Positions 39,101-47,058 of a DNA stretch of 64,000 nt are shown piece by piece; within the stretch, counting starts at the first letter, position 1; each line of letters begins with the position of its first letter. Made by a program: the position numbers and the translations under genes. The notes under the pieces are model-generated. The model was not told the DNA's origin and searched no databases. It saw nothing but the letters and a program-made list of their open reading frames with translations. The DNA lies in contig CAZQQN010000011.1 in assembly GCA_964595485.1 (NCBI GenBank), positions 10,669 to 74,668 on the forward strand, read 5' to 3'. This stretch comes from an uncultured Sphingobacteriales bacterium. GTDB taxonomy: Bacteria; Bacteroidota; Bacteroidia; CAILMK01; CAYYUA01.

Positions 39101-40712
39101 TTTCAATCGAGCAAAATTAACCCTTAACTACCTACAAACCCGTTACACATTCGACCATTCCGTATCATTCAACAAAAGCCGCATTCCCATTAGAAATCTG
39201 AAGTTGGTTGATCATAGAGGTAATAAAGCCGAAGTTAACGGGGTTATAAAACATGATGCATTCAATGATTTTAACCTGGACCTTAATTTAAAAGCTGAGA
39301 ATTTCCATGCGCTGAATACTACCCAGAAGGACAATGAAGTTTACTATGGGCAAGCCTATGCCAGCGGTTATGTTAATTTTACCGGTCCTTTGGATAATAT
39401 CCAAATTGAGATGCAGGTGAATTCAGAGAAAAACACAGTTATAAACTTACCAGTGTCAGATGAAGGAACCTATTCAGGGCATGATTTTATAAACTTTACT
39501 GACAAGCCTAATTATTACCGTAAAGAATACAATGTTGATTTTGGTGGAATTAACCTTGATATGGAATTGGACATAACTCCGGATGCACTCGTTCGTATCA
39601 TTTTTGATCCAAGAGCCGGCGATGTTTTAAAGGGTCGTGGAACTGGCGACATTAAAATGGCAATTACTTCTGCCGGAGAATTTAACATGTATGGGAGCTA
39701 TACTGTGAATAGCGGTGATTATCTCTTCACCGCTTTTGATATTGTGAAAAAACAATTTGAATTAAAGGAAGGGGGAACAATTAAGTGGAACGGAGATCCT
39801 TACGAAGCCCAGATGGATATACAAGCAGCTTATAGCTTACAGGCCTCACCAGCGCCTTTATTACCCAATAACGGAGATCAGGGAGGAACTTATAATCGGA
39901 AAATGCCCGTTGAAGCCCAGCTTCATATGATGGGGTCCCTTTTTTCGCCGGATATTGACCTTGATTTTGAAATCTTAAACCTTGATAATACCCGCAGTGG
40001 TAATATAAGTTCCCTTGGATCACAGGTTAAAAAGATAAAGAATGATGAACAAGCCCTCAATCAGCAGGTGGTTAGTTTATTAGTAATGAACCGCTTTTAT
40101 TCAGTCCAATCTGGTGCTGGTTTGGGAGCTGGACAGGCCATTGAATCAAGCAGCAATTCTCTTGTAGGAGACCTCATCTCTAACCAATTGACTCATTGGG
40201 TTTCTCAATTTTCAGAGGATATAAAATACCTTGAAAACGTTCAATTGGGGATTGATTACCAGAGTCGCAATAAAACAAGTACCGGAGAAATATCTGAACA
40301 GGAGCTGGAAGTGGCTTTGAGTACAACCCTTTTCAATGACAGGGTGGAGATTAGTGGCAGTATGGATATGGAAAATTCAGAGGGCAATGTGACCGTTAGC
40401 TACAAATTAACAAAAGAAGGGCGAATTCGAATCAAGGCTTTTAGTCGCAATAACACCAACCCGATTCTGAATGATAACATTCAGAAACATGGTACAGGCC
40501 TTTTGTGGCGAAAAGAATTTGATAGTTGGAAAGAGTTTTTTGAATCGGGTCAAGAAAATAAGCAAGAACCTGAAAAACAAAAACCAGCAGATGAGGAATC
40601 CCCCAAAAGCCAAGTTCGGCCAGAAACTCAAGAGGATGCTCCTAATGATCAAGCATTACCCGAAAAGGGTAAAGGGTATTTAAATCGTGACAAAAAAGGT
40701 GCTGAGGAGTAA
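36144..40712 (+). CDS. tamB: translocation and assembly module protein TamB (DUF490 family)
   Basis: 1522 aa. N-terminal signal-anchor, a very long beta-rich repetitive body, and a C-terminal DUF490-like region (ALSTTLFNDRVEISGSMD...RIKAF). Confidence 0.85.
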   Translation: MKVAYKKILKLSGSFLLGVVVLFILSFLVLMLYLKSDSGQAWLTQKSNKFLSKTLGTRLNIDSVTVDFPRELNLNHPVVYDHKQDTVLVAKQIGVKFNLYSFNLRSLIFGNIHLQNPRFYGRKYPGDTAFNYDYIIQNAKAEDPNKKGGVYRTLFNGVQVHNGRFVHQNLHEAKEAGKVIDFNYLDVQNLQIRADYLQFIEGSLSSEINQMSFEEVSGFKVNQLQTDLIFDKSTLSFQDLQLKTPYSRISEQITMEYDKKKDLQDFDDKVELITRFENTTLSLQDLSYFVPGIRRVDKNIDFSGQIFGKVRDFDSKGFQLSFGEDTYFTGDLSIRGLPEIDQTFLDVEFTKSEFKTADLKQLFPSIELPINLKQLGLVHFEGKFTGFPSDFVAYGEFDTDLGSFNTDINLKNPGNEAEAQYSGDLELNNFDIGELLDEELLGNTSLNGNIKGNGLILEELRANLDASVSNFHFNGYDYSNINVKGELTKELFKGKLAMDDPNIKLDFNGEVNMDRPKPQFDFKADLAQANFDTLNMVEDSLVVNAKVNLNFKANNLDDIEGKAEVTNTTMGLSNRILAFDSLALKSVIDTTNNGLKQLSLSSDIADLLLEGHYNLTSLPNVGKIALNRIINRELVPGDTIMSVEEDLSYRLHVKNAAFLMDLMKTDFILEDNTKLSGSINTKTKDFTLSGTIPGIYYKDWHLDNVNIKGSGSKESIFIQADLDKLTKGDSVWLAESNVNLLRKVDDSLQFNLALSRRDQEAGLKGKMIADKEKITGRVYDSEISFDDSIWSISSTNLKYYYNSRFHIPYLKFENGDQRLIVTGKGGKRSDEPVRVLFDKVQLGAITHDIFPQFKAYTGDLNGQVLVHNILDTPHFNSALMITPLRVDGEKMGQLNLNTNYTKGNNNINVEANLVRDGYPELMTMKGYVNLYNDKDNLNLMLDFRESHLALVEGLVNDYVSNLGGTFSAGLSIKGSFEEPRIRGRVDFNRAKLTLNYLQTRYTFDHSVSFNKSRIPIRNLKLVDHRGNKAEVNGVIKHDAFNDFNLDLNLKAENFHALNTTQKDNEVYYGQAYASGYVNFTGPLDNIQIEMQVNSEKNTVINLPVSDEGTYSGHDFINFTDKPNYYRKEYNVDFGGINLDMELDITPDALVRIIFDPRAGDVLKGRGTGDIKMAITSAGEFNMYGSYTVNSGDYLFTAFDIVKKQFELKEGGTIKWNGDPYEAQMDIQAAYSLQASPAPLLPNNGDQGGTYNRKMPVEAQLHMMGSLFSPDIDLDFEILNLDNTRSGNISSLGSQVKKIKNDEQALNQQVVSLLVMNRFYSVQSGAGLGAGQAIESSSNSLVGDLISNQLTHWVSQFSEDIKYLENVQLGIDYQSRNKTSTGEISEQELEVALSTTLFNDRVEISGSMDMENSEGNVTVSYKLTKEGRIRIKAFSRNNTNPILNDNIQKHGTGLLWRKEFDSWKEFFESGQENKQEPEKQKPADEESPKSQVRPETQEDAPNDQALPEKGKGYLNRDKKGAEE

Positions 40713-40783
40713 TTGAGGATAAAAGTGAGCTTACCAGGAAAATAAGCTGCAAATTTGTGGTAGAACCAATGCAATGCTTCAGG

Positions 40784-40816
40784 GTTTCAAATAAAACTGA
40801 AAGCCTCATTTGAAAC
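40784..40816 (+). terminator. possible terminator after tamB
   Basis: GTTTCAAAT-15 nt-ATTTGAAAC (9-bp AT-rich stem) followed by attttcaaaatt. Confidence 0.35.
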
Positions 40817-40926
40817 ATTTTCAAAATTAGAAATAATCCTTTCCAGCTTTTTGTAAGCAAAAACCCTAAAAAATCTCAATTAAGGATTAAGCAAGGTTTT
40901 TTCCGTTTAAAAAAATTAAAAGTTGT

Positions 40927-43074
40927 ATGACAAAGTCGAAGCAAGATAAAAAGGCTGATCAGCAGAGAAAAAAGAAAAGTATTAAGAAGGAAGTCAAAGA
41001 ATACCTCAAAGCTAACCAAGGGAAAGGCTTTAACCATAAACAACTTACTGCTCAATTAGGGTTAAGTACCAAAAAAGAGAAAGATAAGCTTCTTAAAGTA
41101 CTGGAAGAGCTATACTTAGATGGCTATATCCAGGAAACCAAGCCGGGTAAATACAAACACCTCGATAAGGAGGAGGAATATACAGGCAAGCTGGACATGA
41201 GTGGCAAAGGCTTTGGTTTCGTTAGCTTATCAGACCAAGAAGAAGACATTTTCATTCCTCCCGGTAAAACCGGAATAGCTTTAAACAGAGATTGGGTGAA
41301 GATCAAACTCCATAAAGGAAAAAGGAAAGGCGGCCGCCCCGAAGGTGAGGTAATGGAAGTTGTTGAGCGGTACAAAAAAGATTTTGTGGGTACTTTAGAG
41401 CTATCAGAGAAATTTGCCTTTGTGGTTTCTGATAACCCTAAGATGGATGTGGATATTTTTATACCCCTGAAGCACCTCAATGGGGGCAAGAATGGCCAAA
41501 AAGTGGTTGCTGAAATAACGGACTGGCCGGAAGACGCCAAAAGTCCCTTTGGACAGGTAAAAAAAATCCTCGGAGAGGCCGGGGATCATGCCACGGAAAT
41601 GGATGCCATTATCGAGGAGTTCGATCTTCCTACCGCTTTTCCGGATGAGGTAGAAAAAGCGGCCAACCAAATTCCCGATGTAATACCAAAAGAAGAGGTG
41701 AAAAAACGCAAAGATTTTCGGGGTATTCCTACCTTTACCATTGATCCCAAAGATGCAAAAGACTTTGATGATGCCCTTTCCATTCGAAAACTTGACAACG
41801 GGAATTGGGAAGTAGGTATTCATATTGCCGATGTAACCCATTATGTTGAAATAGGATCTGAATTGGATAAAGAAGCTTATAAACGTGCTACATCCGTCTA
41901 CCTCGTTGACCGGGTTATTCCGATGTTGCCGGAAAAACTTTCCAATCAACTATGTTCCCTTCGTCCAGAAGAAGATAAGATGGCATTTTCAGCAGTTTTT
42001 CAGCTTGATAACGAAGCCAACGTCAAAGACGAATGGTTCGGTAAGACCCTTATTAATTCCAAAAAGCGATTTGATTATGAGGAAGCACAGGGAGTAATGG
42101 ATGCCGGTGAAGGACCTTTTTTAGATGAGCTGAGAAACCTTAGAGACTTGGCGACTAAACTCAGGAAAAGGCGCTTTCAGGAAGGCGCTATTTCATTTGA
42201 GACTACGGAGGTTGAATTTGAAATGGACGATCATTTTCACCCGGTTGGGATTATTAAAAAAATCCGCCAGGATGCGCATTTTCTCATAGAGGATTTCATG
42301 TTATTAGCCAACCGTAAGGTAGCAGAGTTCATTTTTTCCAAGCAAGAAAGTTTCCAGGAGATGCCCTTTGTATACCGGGTACACGAGTCGCCCCCCGATG
42401 ATAAACTGGAGAATTTTGTCAGGATTGCTCGCAGTTTCGGTTATGAATTTGATACCAAGGACCCTGAAAAGGTTTCAGCCTCTTTTAACAAGCTCCTGGA
42501 TAAGGTAGAAGGCCGTCCCGAACAAAATATGCTGGAGTCCCTCGCAATCCGTACCATGTCTAAGGCATTTTACACAACAAAGCAGGGAAGCCATTACGGC
42601 CTATCGTTTGATTACTATACCCATTTCACTTCACCGATCAGGAGGTATCCTGATGTAATAGCCCATCGTTTGCTGCAGCATTACTTAACTGGGGAGGGTC
42701 CTGCTCCTAAGCAAGAGGAGATAGAAGAGCAATGTAAACATTCCTCTGAGATGGAAATCAGGGCGGAAGATGCTGAGCGGGCATCGGTGAAATACAAACA
42801 GGTAGAATTCATGGCCGATCATATAGGTGAAGAATTTGAAGGTTTAATTGCCGGGGTAACCAATAAAGCCTTATTTGTTGAAATTCCTGAAAATAAGTGC
42901 GAGGGAAAAATCCCGCTGGAAAACCTTATTGATGATTATTACGAATTTGATGATGAGAACTACCTAATTCGTGGAACAAGTAATGGCCGTGCCTATCAGT
43001 TAGGGGATGAAGTTCGTATTCGCGTTATGGAAGCCAATCCGCTTGATCGCAAGTTGATTTTTGATATGCTTTAA
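40927..43074 (+). CDS. rnr: ribonuclease R
   Basis: 715 aa. Basic N-terminus with winged-helix, cold-shock domains, RNB catalytic domain (FTIDPKDAKDFDDALS, YLVDRVIPMLPE, HYGL...YTHFTSPIRRYPD) and C-terminal S1 domain. Confidence 0.92.
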   Translation: MTKSKQDKKADQQRKKKSIKKEVKEYLKANQGKGFNHKQLTAQLGLSTKKEKDKLLKVLEELYLDGYIQETKPGKYKHLDKEEEYTGKLDMSGKGFGFVSLSDQEEDIFIPPGKTGIALNRDWVKIKLHKGKRKGGRPEGEVMEVVERYKKDFVGTLELSEKFAFVVSDNPKMDVDIFIPLKHLNGGKNGQKVVAEITDWPEDAKSPFGQVKKILGEAGDHATEMDAIIEEFDLPTAFPDEVEKAANQIPDVIPKEEVKKRKDFRGIPTFTIDPKDAKDFDDALSIRKLDNGNWEVGIHIADVTHYVEIGSELDKEAYKRATSVYLVDRVIPMLPEKLSNQLCSLRPEEDKMAFSAVFQLDNEANVKDEWFGKTLINSKKRFDYEEAQGVMDAGEGPFLDELRNLRDLATKLRKRRFQEGAISFETTEVEFEMDDHFHPVGIIKKIRQDAHFLIEDFMLLANRKVAEFIFSKQESFQEMPFVYRVHESPPDDKLENFVRIARSFGYEFDTKDPEKVSASFNKLLDKVEGRPEQNMLESLAIRTMSKAFYTTKQGSHYGLSFDYYTHFTSPIRRYPDVIAHRLLQHYLTGEGPAPKQEEIEEQCKHSSEMEIRAEDAERASVKYKQVEFMADHIGEEFEGLIAGVTNKALFVEIPENKCEGKIPLENLIDDYYEFDDENYLIRGTSNGRAYQLGDEVRIRVMEANPLDRKLIFDML

Positions 43075-43143
43075 CCCTTAAAGTTTATTGAACATAATCA
43101 CCATATTTGAAGAGGCTTTATACCCTCTTTATGGTTATCAGCT

Positions 43144-43632
43144 ATGAAACCACAGTACGAAAAGTACTTACAAAAAGCAAAGCAAAAAGAAAAGGAAACA
43201 CGTCAGTTCCTGAAGCGCTTGAGAAAAAAAGTACCTAAGGATCTTGATCAGAAGTTTGAGGAATCTCATGATGAGGCCTTTCAAAATATTGACTGCTTAG
43301 GGTGTGCAAATTGTTGCAAGACTATGTCCCCCCGTGTTAATGACCGCGATATTAATCGCTTATCCAAGCGGTTTAAGCTTTCCCGCAATGCATTCATTGA
43401 TCGTTACCTGAAATCCGATGAAGATGGGGATTATATCATGAACCAAGCACCCTGTCCTTTTTTAATGGATGACAATAAATGCATGGTCTACGAGGATCGG
43501 CCGGAAGCTTGTGCTAATTTCCCACACACCAATCATCGAAAAATGCACAAGCACTTAAATGTAGCAGCTAATAATTACGAACGTTGCCCTATTGTATATC
43601 ATGTTATTGAAGCCCTGAAAGAACATTACTGA
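43144..43632 (+). CDS. YkgJ-family (UPF0153) cysteine-cluster protein
   Basis: 162 aa. CLGCANCCK (CxxCxxCC) plus the distal CPF...C..Y..RP..C block. Confidence 0.75.
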   Translation: MKPQYEKYLQKAKQKEKETRQFLKRLRKKVPKDLDQKFEESHDEAFQNIDCLGCANCCKTMSPRVNDRDINRLSKRFKLSRNAFIDRYLKSDEDGDYIMNQAPCPFLMDDNKCMVYEDRPEACANFPHTNHRKMHKHLNVAANNYERCPIVYHVIEALKEHY

Positions 43633-43669
43633 AATCCGTTCTGGCAACTGAATGCCATGTGTCATTGAC

Positions 43670-44434
43670 TTATTCATTTAAAAATTCCTGCAATGTGTTA
43701 ATGAAAGCTTCCGGGGCTTCAGCATGTACCCAATGGCCTGCGTTATCTATGGTCTCTAACCGGCTCTTTGGGAAGATTTCTTTGTATTGGGCAATATCTT
43801 CTTCATTGACATAGTCTGATTTACCACCCCTTATAAATAATGTAGGGTATGGAAATGATTCAGCAGCAGAAATTCCTGCAAGGATGGAGGGGTAAGCCTT
43901 TTCTATACCCTGGAGGTTCATTTTCCATTGGTATCCACCTTCCGGCGACCTTTCCAGGTTTTTCAAGAGGAACTGCCGTATTCCAAAATCATCTATGTAT
44001 TGTTGCAGCATTTCATCAGCATCTTTCCTCTTTTCAACTTTATTCAAGTCCATTGCTTTTAAAGCATTAAAAATAGCCTCATGGCCCGGAGAGTTTGCTT
44101 TCGGCGGCATATCGATTGATATTAGCTTATCAACCTTGCCGGGATATTGTACAGCCATTTGCATGGCTGTTTTCCCACCCATGGAATGGCCTGCTAAAAA
44201 AGCCGACTGAATTTGGTGGGAATCCATGAATTCTTTTATATCCTCCGCCATGGATGGGTAATCCATTTCATCTGTGTGTGGTGACTTACCATGGTTACGC
44301 TGGTCAACCAGGTAAACCCTGTACTCCTCTGCTAATTTCCGGGCAATAGAATGCCAATTATCCAGGCTACCCAATAGACCATGTAATATGATGAGGGGAT
44401 GCCCATCGCCATAAGCTTTGAAATTTAGCGCCAT
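43670..44434 (-). CDS. alpha/beta-fold hydrolase
   Basis: 254 aa. HGLLGS oxyanion region, nucleophile elbow GHSMGG, C-terminal GHWVH. 13 nt downstream of the NSS transporter gene on the same strand. Confidence 0.85.
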   Translation of the reverse strand: MALNFKAYGDGHPLIILHGLLGSLDNWHSIARKLAEEYRVYLVDQRNHGKSPHTDEMDYPSMAEDIKEFMDSHQIQSAFLAGHSMGGKTAMQMAVQYPGKVDKLISIDMPPKANSPGHEAIFNALKAMDLNKVEKRKDADEMLQQYIDDFGIRQFLLKNLERSPEGGYQWKMNLQGIEKAYPSILAGISAAESFPYPTLFIRGGKSDYVNEEDIAQYKEIFPKSRLETIDNAGHWVHAEAPEAFINTLQEFLNE

Positions 44435-44447
44435 GAAGGGATACGTT

Positions 44448-45851
44448 TTAGTAGAAAATCAGCTTGATTAACGAAATACCGAAAAATTGGTCAAAAATGG
44501 TAGTAATAAGAATGCTTGCGACTACCAACGGGCTAACAAATCCTAACATGACGGTCACAAATTTTTGTTCGAGGGAGGATCTGAAATGAGGATGGCCATG
44601 CTCTATTTCACTGGCAAAATTGGTCATTTTCCACTTGTAGGCAACAAATAGCGATATCATAAGGCCACCAAATGGTAACCCAATATCAGAAAAAACGGTA
44701 ATAACCACAGACATGAAATCATGGGATTCTCCACCATACTTCGCAAAATCACTTAGCCAGCTAACAGCCCCATGGCCTAACATACTTGGTAACCCGAGGA
44801 TAAAAACCAGTGTTGCGATGCCAATGACAGCCTGCTTCCTGTTTAAATTGAATTCATCCGTTAAATAGGCAACCGGCACTTCGAGTAAGGAAACCGTTGA
44901 GGTTAAGGCGGCAAAACAAAGTAGCAGGAAAAAGGCTCCGCCAATAAATGGACCAATAACGCCCATTTGTTCAAATATGGAGGGCATGGTCACAAAAACA
45001 AGGCCTGGTCCCTGGGTAGGCTCTATGCCCTGGAAAAAAACAAGCGGAAAAACCAACAAGCCCGATAAAAAAGCGATGAACATATCGGTTGTGGTAACCA
45101 TAGCGGCCGAACTAACTATGTTGTCCGCTTTATTGAAGTAAGAACCAAAAGTGATAATAGCCCCCATCCCTAACGATAGCGAAAAGAAACTCTGGGATAA
45201 AGCTGAGAAGAATGTTTCCGTATTGATCTTACCTAATTCAGGAACCAGGTAGAATTTAATGCCTTCCATTGCATTTTCAAGGGTTAAGCCGTAAATAATT
45301 AAGCCAATGATTAAAACAAGGAGCAAAGGCATCAGGATCTTAGTCCATCGCTCAATACCTTTTTGGACACCACCTACCACTATGAGGGCTGTCAGGATCA
45401 TGAAAGCAATGGAATAAAGCAGGTTATCGCTGACATTCGCGGTATAGCTACCAAAATAACTGGCAAAGTCTCCCTGGCTAAGCAATCCGCCAAAAGAGGT
45501 CTGCAGAAAGTAGCCAAAAGCCCAGCCGGCTACCACATTGTAGAATGAAAGGATCATAATCCCAACAATGATTCCGATGGTACCAACCAAACCCCAGTTT
45601 TTACCGCCAATAAATTTGTAAGAGCCATGGGGATTCATCCTGGCATGCCGGCCAAGCGCTATCTCAGCGACCATGATAGGCATACAAATGATAAATATAC
45701 AAAAGAGGTAGATCACCAGGAAAGCAGCACCACCGTTTGCTCCGACTTCATAAGGAAATTTCCAAATATTGCCTAAACCTACTGCTGAACCGGCTGCCGC
45801 TGCTATAAAACCCAATCGGCTTGAAAAAGAACCGCGATTTTCTTGTGCCAT
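44448..45851 (-). CDS. sodium-dependent transporter, neurotransmitter:sodium symporter (NSS/SNF) family
   Basis: 467 aa, ~11-12 TM. Signature GLGNIWKFPY in TM1 and a LeuT-like architecture. Confidence 0.9.
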   Translation of the reverse strand: MAQENRGSFSSRLGFIAAAAGSAVGLGNIWKFPYEVGANGGAAFLVIYLFCIFIICMPIMVAEIALGRHARMNPHGSYKFIGGKNWGLVGTIGIIVGIMILSFYNVVAGWAFGYFLQTSFGGLLSQGDFASYFGSYTANVSDNLLYSIAFMILTALIVVGGVQKGIERWTKILMPLLLVLIIGLIIYGLTLENAMEGIKFYLVPELGKINTETFFSALSQSFFSLSLGMGAIITFGSYFNKADNIVSSAAMVTTTDMFIAFLSGLLVFPLVFFQGIEPTQGPGLVFVTMPSIFEQMGVIGPFIGGAFFLLLCFAALTSTVSLLEVPVAYLTDEFNLNRKQAVIGIATLVFILGLPSMLGHGAVSWLSDFAKYGGESHDFMSVVITVFSDIGLPFGGLMISLFVAYKWKMTNFASEIEHGHPHFRSSLEQKFVTVMLGFVSPLVVASILITTIFDQFFGISLIKLIFY

Positions 45852-45876
45852 CAGCTTTTTAGTTGCATTTTCCGTA

Positions 45877-45884
45877 CAAATTTA
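45877..45884 (-). promoter_or_regulatory. candidate -7 box for the NSS transporter / hydrolase operon
   Basis: Reads TAAATTTG on the minus strand, 25 nt upstream of ATG 45851. Confidence 0.45.
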
Positions 45885-45993
45885 TGGATAAAGCGCAAAT
45901 AGCGAAATGAAGTGTTTTTTAATGAGAACAGGCTAATTTCATTATGAAAAAGGATGAATTATTGATAACCAGCTGGTTGATTAACAATGTTGG

Positions 45994-46034
45994 AAAAAAA
46001 CCTCAGGGTGATCCTATCACTGACTGAGGGTTTT
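45994..46034 (-). terminator. rho-independent terminator downstream of the Reeler-like T9SS gene
   Basis: CCTCAG...GTGAT-cct-ATCAC...CTGAGG compound hairpin (46001-46029), followed on the minus strand by T7 (45994-46000). Confidence 0.75.
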
Positions 46035-46040
46035 GGTAAT

Positions 46041-46892
46041 TCATTGAATAAGGATGCGTTTTTTGATCACCTCTTCCTGGCTCTTCAGCCTAAGCAAGTA
46101 GAAGCCTTCCTCGATACCATCGGGAATATTGATGCTTACCGATGGGTTCTTTACTAGGGTTTCTGGAAAATGATCAATAACCTGACCTTTTATATCCTGA
46201 ATGGTAACCCGGTAGTTGTTTTGCTGAGCTTTTGGGAATTGGATATTGATGGTTTCGCTTACCGGGTTGGGATAAACCTTTAATTTGTTTTTTATGGCAT
46301 TTTCCTTTGTAACACTGCTCGCTCCGAAATCAAGGCCTTGTTCAGCGCTGTAAATGTAGTCACCGCTGCTATTGTCTTGTCCATTAGCAGCATTGCCTGC
46401 CGCATAAAATTTTATTTCACCGACACCCTGATCAGGAGCCTCCCAAGTTAGGTTCCAGGTTTTGGTTTGATTGGAGATATCCTTGAAAGTATCAGAATGG
46501 GTTAAGTAATCATTCCCAGACCCGGCAAATTTGGTTTGGTTAGCCAACTCAAATGAGCCAGTGGCATCGTTATTATCGGTTCTTTGAGCAGTAATCTGAA
46601 AGCCTGCTGAGTTCATATTGGGGTCTTCTAATTCAAGCTTTATGGTATATGTTGAATTGGGTTTGTAAGTAGTAACTTCCTCTCCATCCTGCATTACGGT
46701 GATCTTTAAAGAGCCGTTCCCTGAATTCAGATCAAAATCATTGTGACAACCACTTGTGGCACAGGTTATTTCATTGGGTGGATCACCCGCTCTACCCGCA
46801 GGTGCGCCTTTTTCATTGGATGTACCGATCTTGGTAACTGTTATGAGCAATATCCCGAGAAAAATCGCAAAAAAGGTGTTCAAAGTCTTCAT
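46041..46892 (-). CDS. T9SS-sorted secreted protein with Reeler-like beta-sandwich domain (tentative)
   Basis: 283 aa. Signal peptide, GAPAGRAGDPPNEITCATSGCH, then FQITAQ...WNLTWEAP...IKFYAAGNAANG (my recollection of Reeler-type domains). Canonical T9SS CTD (KVYPNPVSETINIQF...GFYLLRLKS). Confidence 0.6.
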   Translation of the reverse strand: MKTLNTFFAIFLGILLITVTKIGTSNEKGAPAGRAGDPPNEITCATSGCHNDFDLNSGNGSLKITVMQDGEEVTTYKPNSTYTIKLELEDPNMNSAGFQITAQRTDNNDATGSFELANQTKFAGSGNDYLTHSDTFKDISNQTKTWNLTWEAPDQGVGEIKFYAAGNAANGQDNSSGDYIYSAEQGLDFGASSVTKENAIKNKLKVYPNPVSETINIQFPKAQQNNYRVTIQDIKGQVIDHFPETLVKNPSVSINIPDGIEEGFYLLRLKSQEEVIKKRILIQ

Positions 46893-46937
46893 AGTGATTT
46901 GTTTTCATTGCTGTTAAAATAAAAATTAAGCTATAGA

Positions 46938-46949
46938 TACAATATTGTA
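46938..46949. promoter_or_regulatory. perfect 12-bp palindrome upstream of the Reeler-like T9SS gene
   Basis: TACAATATTGTA, 46 nt upstream of ATG 46892. It has the same ACAATATTGT core as the 56010 palindrome. Confidence 0.25.
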
Positions 46950-47013
46950 ATTAAGATGCAAGCTTTTCGCTATGGTTGTTTAACGGTTATATTTCCCCAG
47001 AAAATGCCATAGA

Positions 47014-47042
47014 AAGCCCGGAAGATAAATATTTCCGGGCTT
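47014..47042 (-). terminator. hairpin terminator downstream of the S9 peptidase gene
   Basis: AAGCCCGGAA-gataaatat-TTCCGGGCTT (10-bp perfect stem), 17 nt past the stop codon. Confidence 0.7.
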
Positions 47043-47058
47043 CACTCCTGTTAGGCAA

